A stretch of 64,000 nucleotides of DNA, taken from positions 640,001 to 704,000 of the forward strand of contig CAWCRS010000003.1 of the NCBI GenBank assembly GCA_963798085.1, written 5' to 3'. This DNA comes from an uncultured Gemmatimonadales bacterium (GTDB lineage: Bacteria > Gemmatimonadota > Gemmatimonadetes > Longimicrobiales > RSA9). A program made the position numbers and the translations under genes. Of the stretch, positions 1-10,187 are shown in pieces. Under the pieces are notes generated by a model. That model saw only the letters and a program-made list of their open reading frames with translations. It ran no database searches and was not told where the DNA came from. How positions within the stretch are numbered: the stretch's first letter is position 1; each line of letters starts with the position of its first letter.

Positions 1-210
1 CTCCAGCTGTGCCGGCCGCTTGCCGGCATCGTCGACATGGAACGGCCCGTCCACGTGCGTGCCGGTGTGCGCGCTCATGTTGAGGGCCGCGACATTCACG
101 CTGTGGCCACGGTCGCGGCGCATGGTCCACGCGGTATCGCAGGGCTGGTCGCCGGGCCAGACGGCGGTAGTGCTGCCCACGGGCTGACTGATGTCACGGA
201 TGCGCGCCAC
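1..210 (-). CDS. kynB: cyclase family protein / kynurenine formamidase (5' part, runs off window)
   Basis: Manual translation from GTG 210: MARIRDISQPVGSTTAVWPGDQ...SVNVAALNMSAHTGTHVDGPFH, which contains the cyclase HxGTHxDxPxH motif. Not in the ORF track. Confidence 0.75.
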   Translation of the reverse strand, partial: MARIRDISQPVGSTTAVWPGDQPCDTAWTMRRDRGHSVNVAALNMSAHTGTHVDGPFHVDDAGKRPAQLE

Positions 211-211
211 G

Positions 212-1282
212 CTACCTCGGCACCAGGTCCGTTTCCGGCGTCAGCCCGCGCACGAACGCGGCAATGAGCCGGGCCGTCTGCTCGAGGTCGCTCACACTGA
301 CCATCTCGTTAGGCGAGTGCATGTAGCGGTTGGGCACGGACATCAGGCCCGTGGCCACGCCCGCACGCGACAGGTAGATCGCGTCCGCATCGGTCGACGT
401 GTACCTGGGCGACGCCGTGATGGTGTGCGCGATTCCGGCCTGCTTCGCAGTTGCGATGAGGCGTTCGAACACGAGCGGGTGCGCGGCCGCGCCCCTCGCC
501 AGTACGGGCCCGCTGCCCAGCTTGTGATCACCCAGCTCTTTCTTCTCGATGCCCGGCGCATCGGTGGCGAACGTCACGTCGACGACCACTGCGATCTGCG
601 GGTCGACCTGGAACGCGCTGGTACGCGCGCCGCCGCCGAAGTAGCCGATCTCCTCCTGCGTGGTGGCAACCGCCGCGACGGCGGCATTCGGGCGATCCTC
701 GGACAGGAGCCGGAGCGCCTCGAGCACGACGAAGGCGCCAATGCGATTGTCGATCGAGCGACTCGCAATGATGCCCTCGCCCATATCCACGAGGCTGCCG
801 TCGATCACGCCCGGATCGCCCACCCGTACGCCCCGCTTCTCCACCGCCTCGCGGTTCTTGGCGCCAATGTCGATCCAGAGGTCGGTGATCTTGGAGGCCT
901 TGTCGCGCTCATCGACCTTGATCAGGTGCATCGGCTTCTTGCCGATGACGCCCAGCACATCGCCGTTCTGCGTCAGCAGTCGGATGCGCTGGGCCACGAG
1001 CACCTGCGGATCCCAGCCGCCGATCCCCTCGAAGTAGAGGAACCCCTCATCGTCGATATGGGTGATCATCACGCCGATCTCATCAATGTGGCCGGCCAGC
1101 ATCACGCGCGGCGCGCCGCCCTCGTTTATCCAGGCGATGGAGTTGCCGGAGATGTCGGCATCGACCCGATCGGCGAAGCGGCCGGCTTCGTCACGCCAGA
1201 CGCGGGCGGCACGGGTCTCATGGCCACTCGGGCCTGGAGTGTCGAGCAGTCTCTTGAGGAAGTCGAATGACGGGTCTTCCAC
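212..1282 (-). CDS. M42 family metallopeptidase (FrvX/YsdC-like)
   Basis: GPSGHE, AGHIDEIG, SIDNRIG, TTQEEIG and YMHSPNE motifs. True start is probably GTG 1282 (VEDPSFDFLKRLL); the longer ORF extension is antisense to ispH. Confidence 0.92.
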   Translation of the reverse strand: MEDPSFDFLKRLLDTPGPSGHETRAARVWRDEAGRFADRVDADISGNSIAWINEGGAPRVMLAGHIDEIGVMITHIDDEGFLYFEGIGGWDPQVLVAQRIRLLTQNGDVLGVIGKKPMHLIKVDERDKASKITDLWIDIGAKNREAVEKRGVRVGDPGVIDGSLVDMGEGIIASRSIDNRIGAFVVLEALRLLSEDRPNAAVAAVATTQEEIGYFGGGARTSAFQVDPQIAVVVDVTFATDAPGIEKKELGDHKLGSGPVLARGAAAHPLVFERLIATAKQAGIAHTITASPRYTSTDADAIYLSRAGVATGLMSVPNRYMHSPNEMVSVSDLEQTARLIAAFVRGLTPETDLVPR

Positions 1283-1462
1283 GCCTTCCCTCGTTCTCGT
1301 TTTCGGGGGCCCCTGCTTTGGAGGGCAGCGCGCAAAGATAGGCAAGGCGCGGGGATCGGTCCAGTCGGCGGCGCGGCACACACATTGAATCAGCAGGTCG
1401 AGCGGGGTAACATACGGCGAGGGCGTCCGGCGCGCGGATGGCGCGTTCACCAGAGGCAACGC

Positions 1463-2680
1463 ATGGAGCAGACGTACTTTCGGCGGGGTCTCGGCCTGAA
1501 GAAGGAAGTCGAGCCGATCCTGGCGGCGGAGTACCACAGCAGCCTGGTGGACGACATCCGCAGTCGCGGGTACACCGCGGTCTTCGGCCAGCTGACGATC
1601 CGGCTGGCGGAGGATTTTGGCTTCTGCTACGGCGTGGATCGCGCCGTCGACTACGCCTACCAGACCGCGCACAAGTTCCCGGATCGGCGCATCTTCCTGG
1701 TCGGCGAGATCATCCACAATCCCCACGTGAACCGCCGGCTGCGCGATTCGGGCATCACCTTCCTGTACCCGGACAATGCCGGCGGCTTCGATTTCGCCGG
1801 CATCACGACGGAAGACGTCGTCATCATCCCTGCCTTCGGCGTCACGCTGGACGATTTCCAGCGGCTGCGCGACATCGGCTGCATCCTGATCGACACCACA
1901 TGCGGTTCGGTGCTGAACGTGTGGAAGCGCGTGGAATCGTACGCGCGCGATGGCTTCACCGCGCTGATTCACGGCAAGTATTTCCACGAAGAAACGCGCG
2001 CCACGGCGTCGCAGGTGAACACGAGCGCGGCAGGCACCTACCTCGTGGTGCGTGACATGGCTGAGGCGAAGCTGGTGATGGCGTACATCGAGCAGAGCGC
2101 GTCGGCGCTTTCACGCGATGCGTTCCTGGCGCATTTCGGCGACAAGGCGAGTCCCGGTTTCGACCCGGACAACGACCTCGCCCGTATTGGTGTGGCCAAC
2201 CAGACGACCATGCTCGCGAGTGAATCCCTCGCGATTGCGCGGGCTGTGGGCGAGAGCCTGACACGGCGTTATGGTGAGTCGGCGCTGGACGGCCATTTCC
2301 GCTCGTTCGACACCATCTGCTCGGCGACACAGGAACGGCAGGATGCGGTACTGCGCATGATGCAGGAGCCGCCCGACATCATGGTAGTGATCGGCGGCTA
2401 CAATTCCTCGAACACGAATCACCTGGCGCACCTGTGCCGCGCCTACACCACGACGTTTCACGTGGCGGACTCGACGTGCATTGATCCGCTGGAGCGGCGC
2501 ATCCGCCACAAGCCGGAGCTGGCCGCGGACGCACCGGAGGTGGCGACCGCGGACTGGCTGCCCGAGGGCCCGGTGGTGGTGGGACTGACGGCGGGCGCAT
2601 CCACGCCCAACAACAAGATCGGCGAAACCATTGTGCGCATTCTCGAGACGCGCGGCGTAGCGGCCGCAACAGGCGGTTAG
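1463..2680 (+). CDS. ispH: 4-hydroxy-3-methylbut-2-enyl diphosphate reductase
   Basis: FGFCYGVDRA, EIIHNPHV, DTTC, NQTT, DTICSATQERQ, SSNT and TAGASTP motifs. Confidence 0.96.
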   Translation: MEQTYFRRGLGLKKEVEPILAAEYHSSLVDDIRSRGYTAVFGQLTIRLAEDFGFCYGVDRAVDYAYQTAHKFPDRRIFLVGEIIHNPHVNRRLRDSGITFLYPDNAGGFDFAGITTEDVVIIPAFGVTLDDFQRLRDIGCILIDTTCGSVLNVWKRVESYARDGFTALIHGKYFHEETRATASQVNTSAAGTYLVVRDMAEAKLVMAYIEQSASALSRDAFLAHFGDKASPGFDPDNDLARIGVANQTTMLASESLAIARAVGESLTRRYGESALDGHFRSFDTICSATQERQDAVLRMMQEPPDIMVVIGGYNSSNTNHLAHLCRAYTTTFHVADSTCIDPLERRIRHKPELAADAPEVATADWLPEGPVVVGLTAGASTPNNKIGETIVRILETRGVAAATGG

Positions 2681-2685
2681 AGGAA

Positions 2686-3612
2686 ATGTCGAGAGGCGTG
2701 CGGCGACTCTTCCCCGTCGTCACGCTCGGTCTGGCGGCAGCCAGTGCGGCCTTCGCCGCGGGCTATCATCACGCCCGCCCGCGCCTGCTGCAGCCGGAGG
2801 ATGCCGTGCTGGCGGATGTGCCGCTCGATGCGGCCGGGCCGGCTGGCCGCCATCAGGCGGTTACGGATCCAGGCGACGCTGCAGCCGCCGGTAACCGGCC
2901 CGGCAGCAGTCAGGCCGGCACGATCGGAGAGCCGGCGCCGGCGGCCGAGATCGTTGCGCGCGAAGCCGCCCCACCCGCGGATGCACCCCGTCCCTCGACG
3001 CACGGCGGCAGGCGCATCCTGGTCTCGCTCGCGCAGCATCGCCTGTGGCTGGTGGACGGTGCTGACACGCTGTTGGATGTACCCGCGGCGGTGGGCATGG
3101 GCAGGGACTTCACATGGCAGGGCAGGCGCTGGCACTTCGCGACCCCCACGGGTGACCGTCGTATCCTCGCCAGGGCGAAGGATCCGGTGTGGATCGTGCC
3201 GCTCTGGCACTACTACGAGCGGGCCGCGGCCATGGGCCTGAGCGAAGTCGTGCAGCTCGAGCCGGACGCACGCATTGTGCTGGGAGACAGCAGCGTGCTG
3301 ACGGTCGTGGGCAACCAGGTGGGCCGCATCAATCAATTCGGCAACTTCGCGCCGTTCACACCGGGCACCGAGATCATTTTCGACAATCGCATCTACGTGC
3401 CGCCTCGGCACACGGCGCAGCGCGAAGTGCCCGACGCGCTCGGTCCCTACAAGCTGGACCTGGGTGGCGGTTACCTCATCCACGGCACGCATCTCTATGA
3501 CGAAGACAGCATCGGCGATGCCGTCAGTCACGGCTGCGTGCGCTTGAGTAATGACGATCTCCGGAGACTCTACCCGCTGGTGCGCACGGGCGTGGAGGTT
3601 GTGGTCTACTGA
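2686..3612 (+). CDS. L,D-transpeptidase family protein (YkuD)
   Basis: Signal peptide; C-terminal YLIHGT...SHGCVRL catalytic motif. Confidence 0.9.
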   Translation: MSRGVRRLFPVVTLGLAAASAAFAAGYHHARPRLLQPEDAVLADVPLDAAGPAGRHQAVTDPGDAAAAGNRPGSSQAGTIGEPAPAAEIVAREAAPPADAPRPSTHGGRRILVSLAQHRLWLVDGADTLLDVPAAVGMGRDFTWQGRRWHFATPTGDRRILARAKDPVWIVPLWHYYERAAAMGLSEVVQLEPDARIVLGDSSVLTVVGNQVGRINQFGNFAPFTPGTEIIFDNRIYVPPRHTAQREVPDALGPYKLDLGGGYLIHGTHLYDEDSIGDAVSHGCVRLSNDDLRRLYPLVRTGVEVVVY

Positions 3613-3798
3613 ACAATGTTGCCGGGGCTGGGGGCCCGGGCTGGTGCTTCGATGCCGCCCAATTGTGACCAAGGCCGGCGAGTACGCGTCGTGATGCTGG
3701 AGACGTGTTGCTGGTGGTCGGGCTGCCTGGTTTGTTGCCGATCACGAGACCAAACAGCGGGTTAAAGGGCTGCGTGGCCCTGGGGCCGGGGTGGATAC

Positions 3799-4023
3799 AT
3801 GGCGCTTGATTTCGCGCGGGCTGCGATGTTGTTCATGGGTACGGAGGGTGAACTGGCGCGAGCGCTGGGGATCCCGGTCGCGGACCTGCGGGCGCTCCGG
3901 GCGAACCCGCAGCGCGCGACGGATGGGCTGCTGGCGAAGCTCGGGCGCGTTCTCGTGGAGCGTGGGCGTGGTATGACGCGCGTGGGCGAAATGCTGCTCG
4001 AGGATCACGAGCCGCAGAACTGA
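3799..4023 (+). CDS. small hypothetical protein, possible HTH
   Basis: 74-aa ORF with 'ELARALGIPVADLRALR' HTH-like pattern and a GGA-containing upstream region. Confidence 0.6.
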   Translation: MALDFARAAMLFMGTEGELARALGIPVADLRALRANPQRATDGLLAKLGRVLVERGRGMTRVGEMLLEDHEPQN

Positions 4024-4329
4024 TCAATTTTCTCGGTCGCCTCCGGTTCCAGCGGGCCCGGAGTGACGGGTGAGGCGGACGTGTCGGGCAGAGCATGAGG
4101 CCCGGCAGTCCGCCGGTGTGTCAGCTGGCTGTTCGTCAGCGATTGAGGGATCGCTTCTCCGCCCGGGCAGCGCCGGCCAGCCGGTGTTCTGCGGTACAGC
4201 AAGCGACATCGAAAGCCAGCCCTGCCACTGGCCAGCCTGTGTTCCCCTGCTCCTGCTGACAGAGGTGTTCGCCGGCTCGCCGCATTGGTTCCTGCGCCGG
4301 GCAGCTGCACCGCTTCGGTCCGCGACCTC

Positions 4330-5331
4330 TCAATCGGCGGTCAGCAGATCGAAGGCGGGCGTGAGTTTTTCCAGGGCGAGGCGGGGGTCGCGGCCGGTGT
4401 GGAGTCGCCAGCCGCCGTGGCCGGCTAACAGTCGGATAGCGCGTCCGATGGTGTCGACGAATTCGTCGAAGCCGGGATCCAGCTGACCGGTCATGGCTTC
4501 TTCGAGCGCGGCGGCATCGAGGGTTTCCAGAGACGCTTCCTCTGATGGGACCAGCACGCAGATGCCGGCACGCTGCGCGACGGGGATCCCCACAGGCGAT
4601 TCCATTTCCGCCAGACTGATGGCGATTTTCTCCTTGCCGTTGGCGCGCAGCGTTGTGTGACGGCCGGCCAGTTCGGGAAAGCGCTCGCGTGCGTCCAGCG
4701 GCAGATGGATCCAGCCGGGTGTGCCCCAGATGCGGAGGCGGGGATCGAGCTGGATGTTGACGTAATCCTCCGCGAGCACGCGCAGACCCTTGCGACCGGC
4801 CACGTACGCCAGTGTGCTCTTGCCCACACCGCTGGGGCCCGCCAGCAGCAAAGCCGCGTCGTGCTGCGCGATGCAGGCGGCATGCAGCGGCTGACGATCC
4901 AGCTTGGTCAGCACACCGAGTGTCAGCGCTTCCAGCGCGCCGTAACGGAAGTGCTGGCGGTCCTGTACGAGTGCGCGCGTCGTGTAAAGCACCGCCTCAC
5001 GCCGGGCGGAATCGCCTAAGCCCACACTGCCGCGACTCTGCAGTATGATGCGCTCGTAATCCGGAATGCGGTGGCGCAGCGGCGCGTGCGTGGAGGGACC
5101 TTCGTCGCCTTCATCATCGACATAGATGCGGAAGCGCACGCGCTCGTCCGCGATGAGACGCGGCGCCTGTTCGACAATGCGCCACGCGCCAAACGCTTCC
5201 TCGGCAATGGCGATCACCGCCGGATCGTTGGACTCGAAGCTGACGGGAATGCCCAGCACAGGAATGACGACGCGGTGATCGAGCTGGACATCACGCCCGA
5301 GTGGATCCCGGGCGTCTGGCTTTTCACTCAT
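4330..5331 (-). CDS. HPr kinase-related P-loop protein
   Basis: LHAACI...LLLAGPSGVGKSTLAY...VLAED, the HprK-like signature. Its ATG overlaps the upstream stop (ATGA), making it the last gene of the polysaccharide operon. Confidence 0.75.
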   Translation of the reverse strand: MSEKPDARDPLGRDVQLDHRVVIPVLGIPVSFESNDPAVIAIAEEAFGAWRIVEQAPRLIADERVRFRIYVDDEGDEGPSTHAPLRHRIPDYERIILQSRGSVGLGDSARREAVLYTTRALVQDRQHFRYGALEALTLGVLTKLDRQPLHAACIAQHDAALLLAGPSGVGKSTLAYVAGRKGLRVLAEDYVNIQLDPRLRIWGTPGWIHLPLDARERFPELAGRHTTLRANGKEKIAISLAEMESPVGIPVAQRAGICVLVPSEEASLETLDAAALEEAMTGQLDPGFDEFVDTIGRAIRLLAGHGGWRLHTGRDPRLALEKLTPAFDLLTAD

Positions 5332-6432
5332 GCAGCGGTCAGCTCCTCGTAGAGGCCGGCGATGCGGGCTGCGCTCCAGTCCGCATCTTCCGCCACGGCG
5401 AGGCGCTGTGCAAGCTCTGCGGTGCGGAGGCGGCGCGCATCGTCTTCGAGTAACGACCGGGCCGCGCCGGCGAGAGCCTCGGCATCGCCGGGGGGCACGG
5501 CCAGGGCCGCCTCGGGCGCCCACTCGGCGATCATGCCCACGTTCGTGCCCACGGTGGGCACGCCACAGGTGGCGGCTTCGGCCAGGACAATCGGTCCGGC
5601 CTCGTGCCGCGACGACACGAGCAGCAGGTCCGCCTGCTGCAGCAGCGGGCGCAGTCGTTTCTGCTCGAGAAAGCCGTGGAAGTTGATGCGATGGCCGAGA
5701 CCCGCTTCCGCGGCCTGCTGCTGGATGCTCCCGCCGAGCGTGTCTTCGCCCACGACATCAAGTGTGAAATCAATGCGGCTCGCGTCGAGCAGGGCCGCTG
5801 TGCGCACCAGCATCGCAGGATCCTTCACGCGATGCAGGCTGGCGATGTACATCAGGCGGGCCGGCCGGTCCAGCGTGCGCGCGCGGGGCGCCTGCAGCGG
5901 CCAAGCGTCGAGCGCCACGCCCAGCGGCAGCCGGGTCACGCTGTAACCCATGGCGGTTGCCGCATCGACCACGGGCTGACTGTGCGCCGTGATGCGGCGC
6001 GCGCCGTCCAGGGCCGACTCGACACGACGCCGGCCGCTGGCATTACGCAGCTCGCCATAGTCGATATCGGGCATTGATGTGAGCTCGCCGCCGGCCAGGT
6101 GCACGAGCACGGGCGCACGCAGCATCTGCGCGGCCACACAGGCGAGGGCCCCGGAAGGCGACGCCCAGACGGCGTGCAGCAGGGCGAAGGGTCCCCGCCG
6201 GTGCTCGCGCCACAGTGCGCCAATCGCGCGCAGCGCCGTCCTGCCGCGACCCACGTGATGAATGGTGGCACCGCACAAGGAGTAGCGCGGCGGTGCGCCG
6301 TCCTGGAACAGCGCGTAGACGTGCAGGTTGTGGTGCTCCGCCAGCCGGCGGAATGAGCCACAGCAGGCAGGGTATAACACGCTGTTCACCGCCGGGGTCG
6401 ACCCCACCCGGCACGATCATGGCGATCTTCAC
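5328..6432 (-). CDS. GT4 glycosyltransferase (frameshift near 6355)
   Basis: N-terminal MKIAMIVPGG in one frame; the remainder, with SSRHEAGPIVLAEA, in another. Confidence 0.85.
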
Positions 6433-6441
6433 GTGGCCAAC

Positions 6442-7704
6442 TCAGTGCCTCATCGAGACGGTGGCGTCGTGCGGCTCGAGGGTCGCGCGCAGCTGTGCGC
6501 GCATGCGATCGCGGAAGATGCGTGGATTGAAGCGCTCCGCCTGGCGGCGCAGTGCACGCGTGTCGAAGTCGAGCGGCTCGAACCGCGCGACGGCCGCGGC
6601 CAGCGCGGCGGGTGTGGGCTGGTCGAAAAACACGCCGGTGGGCGCTTCGGCCTCGACCTCGATGAACCGTTCGTTTCGACCGCGTCCATTGCCACGCGCG
6701 TGCGCGCCACTCTCCCAATTGCCACTGTGCGGGCTCGCGCCGTTGTGGTGGAGGCGCCCATTGGCGCCAGCGGCGGCGGGCGCGGCGATCACGGTTTCGA
6801 GTGCGCCCCCGCGGCCCAGCGCAATCACGGGTACGCCCGCGGCCTGCGCCTCGACGGCCGCGATGCCGAAGTCTTCCTCACCCGGGAGCACGAAGCCTCT
6901 GGCACCGGCCAGCAATCGCGCCACCTCGTCGTCGGGCAGGCGACCGGTGAACTCGACGTTAGCGTGGGCCTTGCGCGAGAGACCATGCAGCTCCGGACCT
7001 TCGCCCACGACGATGAGGCGTCGGCCGAGCTGGTTGAACGCGCGCACGGCGATGTCCATGCGCTTGTAGGGGACGAGTGCGCCAATCGAGATGTAGTAGT
7101 CCTCGCGCCGGGGCGCTGGCGCGAAGCGCTTCACCTCGACGGGCGGATAGACCACTGCGGCGTCGCGCTCGTAATGCCTGCGGATGCGCTCGCGCACGTG
7201 TCGCGAATTGGCAATGAAGCTGGACACGCCTGCGGCCGACGCGACATCCCAGCGGCGCAGCCGCGGCATCACCAGGCTCGCGGCCATGCGGATGAGCGGC
7301 GAGGCGCGCCCCTGACTGAAGTAGTCCGCGTACTGGTCCCACACGTACCGCATGGGCGTGTGACAATAGCAGATATGCGGCACACCGGGCGGCGCGATGG
7401 CGCCCTTTGCCACGCAGTGACTGCTGGACACGACGAGATCGAAGCCGCGCAGGTCGAACCGTTCGATGGCAGACGGGAAGAAGGGCAGAAGAAAGCGATA
7501 GCGGCGATCGACACCCGGCAGTCGCCCCAGGTGCGAGACGTGGATGGGGCGCGACTCGATGCGTGCGGACACGGTACCGGGAACGTGCACCAGCGTGAAG
7601 ATCTCCGCGTCCGGAAAGAGATCGAGCAGGCCTTCGAGCACGCGCTCCCCGCCGCGCATGCCGGTCAGCCAGTCGTGAATCAGCGCCACGCGATGGCGAG
7701 CCAT
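6442..7704 (-). CDS. GT4 glycosyltransferase (WbaZ-like mannosyltransferase)
   Basis: MARHRVALIHDWLTGMRGGERVL; EEDFGIAAVEAQAAG. Confidence 0.92.
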   Translation of the reverse strand: MARHRVALIHDWLTGMRGGERVLEGLLDLFPDAEIFTLVHVPGTVSARIESRPIHVSHLGRLPGVDRRYRFLLPFFPSAIERFDLRGFDLVVSSSHCVAKGAIAPPGVPHICYCHTPMRYVWDQYADYFSQGRASPLIRMAASLVMPRLRRWDVASAAGVSSFIANSRHVRERIRRHYERDAAVVYPPVEVKRFAPAPRREDYYISIGALVPYKRMDIAVRAFNQLGRRLIVVGEGPELHGLSRKAHANVEFTGRLPDDEVARLLAGARGFVLPGEEDFGIAAVEAQAAGVPVIALGRGGALETVIAAPAAAGANGRLHHNGASPHSGNWESGAHARGNGRGRNERFIEVEAEAPTGVFFDQPTPAALAAAVARFEPLDFDTRALRRQAERFNPRIFRDRMRAQLRATLEPHDATVSMRH

Positions 7705-7706
7705 GC

Positions 7707-8810
7707 TCAGCGTCCTGCCGTGTGCGTCGGGCGGGCGCGGCGCCGGCCAGCGGCAGCCAGGCATGAGCCCAGAACTTCGTATGCGCATTCATCCCAGCTC
7801 ATGTCGTCCCCCAGCGAACGGCCCCGGCGCACCGTGTCGGCGCGGAGTTCCGCGTCGGATTCAAGCGACGACACCGCGTCCGCCCACGCGTCCGCCCGAA
7901 GCGGCACGGTCAGGCCGGCAAGGCGGGTGCGCTCGGGCAGGTCGGGTGTGTCCGCGATGAGGGAGGGGGCACCGCAAGCGGCGGCCTCGAGCGGCGGCCG
8001 GCCGAAGCCTTCCGCCAGCGAGGGAAAACACAGCGCGCTGCAGCCGGTGTAGAGCGCCTGCAGATCGCGGTCGCTGACATAACCCGGTGTTAGAACATCG
8101 GGACCGAGCGGTTCGGCCGGGCGTCCGTGCACGCGCGTCGCTGTCTGCCCCACGATCACGAGCCTGCGGGGCTGGCCGCGTGCGCGCAGCTCCGCCAGCA
8201 CGTCCAGCAGGAACGTGTGGTTCTTGCGCGGGTCGCCGAAGCCGAGAGCCAGCAGCCATTGTCCGGGCAGGCCGAAGTCCGCGCGCACGCGCGCCACCTC
8301 GCCGTCCGTTGCGGGTGATGTGAAGGGATCCAGGCCCTGCGAAACCACGAACAGGCGGCGGGGCTCGCCGAACGCGCGCACGATTTCGCGGCGACTCGTC
8401 TCGGACACCGTGATGACGGCGGCGGCGCGTGGAACCGCGCGGCCCAGCACGGCCGCGTACCAGCCGGCGAAGCGGCGGGAGAACCAGTCCGGGTGCGTGA
8501 GGGGCAGCACGTCGTGCAGTACGAGCACGTGCGGCCCGCCACGCACCGGCGCCGTGCCGGAAAGGTGAAGCGTGGCGTCGCATCCCGCTGCGCGACTCAT
8601 GTGCGGCAGCTCGAGCTGCTCCCACGCGTGACCGCCGAGTCGTCCATGCAGGACGCGCACGCGGCGAGTGAGCTGCGGCGGCTCGACACCGCGCGGCAGC
8701 AGCAGCGTGACATCAGCCAGCTCGCACAGGCGAGCCGTGACCTCGCGGGCAAAGCGCTGCACGCCGGTCACGCCGGCGCGGTAGAAGCGGCCGTTGATGG
8801 CGAGCTTCAT
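7707..8810 (-). CDS. GT4 glycosyltransferase
   Basis: INGRF...TGVQRFARE; PSLAEGFGRPPLEA. Confidence 0.92.
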   Translation of the reverse strand: MKLAINGRFYRAGVTGVQRFAREVTARLCELADVTLLLPRGVEPPQLTRRVRVLHGRLGGHAWEQLELPHMSRAAGCDATLHLSGTAPVRGGPHVLVLHDVLPLTHPDWFSRRFAGWYAAVLGRAVPRAAAVITVSETSRREIVRAFGEPRRLFVVSQGLDPFTSPATDGEVARVRADFGLPGQWLLALGFGDPRKNHTFLLDVLAELRARGQPRRLVIVGQTATRVHGRPAEPLGPDVLTPGYVSDRDLQALYTGCSALCFPSLAEGFGRPPLEAAACGAPSLIADTPDLPERTRLAGLTVPLRADAWADAVSSLESDAELRADTVRRGRSLGDDMSWDECAYEVLGSCLAAAGRRRARPTHTAGR

Positions 8811-10187
8811 ACGCGTGGCTCCGGGGCCGCGATGAGATGCCGGCGCAGACCAGCATCACGGCCTGTCCCGTGCCGTGCGCGAACGGCCACACCACCATGC
8901 CCGCGGCGCAGGTCGTGGCGAAGGACCAGAGCAGTGCGCGGTTCATGCTGCGTTCGCGCGGCGAGCGGGCCGCGTCCCTGTCTTCCGCCATGGTGCGGCG
9001 CGCCTGCAAACGCAGTGTCAGGAACATGAAGATCAGGAACACGATCAGGCCGGCAACGCCCATTTCCGCCGCCATCTGCACGTACGCGTTGTGCGGCGTG
9101 GGCAGGTAGTCCCAGAGCTGCGGGATCTGCGGGCCGAAGCGGTCCAGGCTCTCGGCGTATCCGCCCGGCCCCACGCCTGTCAGCGGGTACGTCAGGAACA
9201 TCGCGATGCCTGCGAGCATGAGCGCGGCGCGCTGCTCGATCACCCAGTCGCCGATGGTACGCTGGATGGTGTCGCGGATCATGCCTCCAGTCACGAGGTC
9301 CACCACGACTGCGATCAGCACGACGGCGAACCAATGCGCAGCACCAGGCGGCCATGTCCCGCGAACAGAAGCGCGCCCGCGCCGGCGAGTACCGCCAGCC
9401 AGCTGCCCCGCGAGAACGTGGACACGAGGCCCACCGTGGTGAGCGCCAGCGCCAGCAGTGCCACGGCCCGGCCCATGCGCGTGACAGCCGTGCGCCAGTG
9501 GTGCACGGCGAAGGGCACGACCAGCGCGAAGAACAGACCCAGGCCGTTGGGCTGGCCGAAGCCCAGCGCCGCCCGGTTGAACGCGGTGTTATAGCGCGGG
9601 AACTCGTTGGGGATGTACTGCAGCATTTCGAGCAGTGCGACAATTGCGCCCAGCGCGCTCACGGCCACCAGCGCCCGTGTGACACGGTGCAGGCGCCCGG
9701 GCACGCGGAAGCCATCGGTGGCGGCCAGGAGAAAGCCCAGCAGCACCGCGAAGTTCAGGGTTTCGCGAACCGCTGTAAGCGGGTGTTGCGCGGTCACGGA
9801 GAAGAACAGGAATGCGGCCAGCAGCGCCGCAACCGCATTGGCGGGCAGCCGCCCGGTGTGGGGCCGACGGGCTGAGGCTGCCAGCGAGAGGATCCACGCG
9901 CCCACCACCACCGCCGTCACCGGCGCGGCTGTCGCGATGCGCAGTGATTCCGTGCTGTAGAGTGCGGGCAGCGGCATGGAGAGCACGACCATCGTGGCCC
10001 CGTCCACCCAGCCGGTCGCGACGACGGCCGCGAGCGCCACGGCGAAGACGCCTGCGGCGGTCGCCGCCATGGTGATGTTGTCCGCCAGCATGCTGGCGGC
10101 GGCGAGGATCGCGGCGGCGCCGCCCAGGGCCACGAGTGCCACGCCGATGCCGGGCTCGAGCGAGCCCACCGCCCTCGCCGTGCTCAT
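8807..10187 (-). CDS. O-antigen ligase / Wzy-like polymerase (frameshifted)
   Basis: Multi-TM protein with FGQPNGLG, TFSRGSWL, PLTGVGPG and PHNAYVQMAAEMG. Split across ORFs 9315-10259 and 8713-9321; the end position is approximate. Confidence 0.85.

Noticed and set aside
191..1270. Long antisense/shadow ORFs (also 6328-8052, 27359-29182, 32270-34417, 45896-47824)
   Set aside because: High-GC artefacts overlapping well-supported genes; no motifs.
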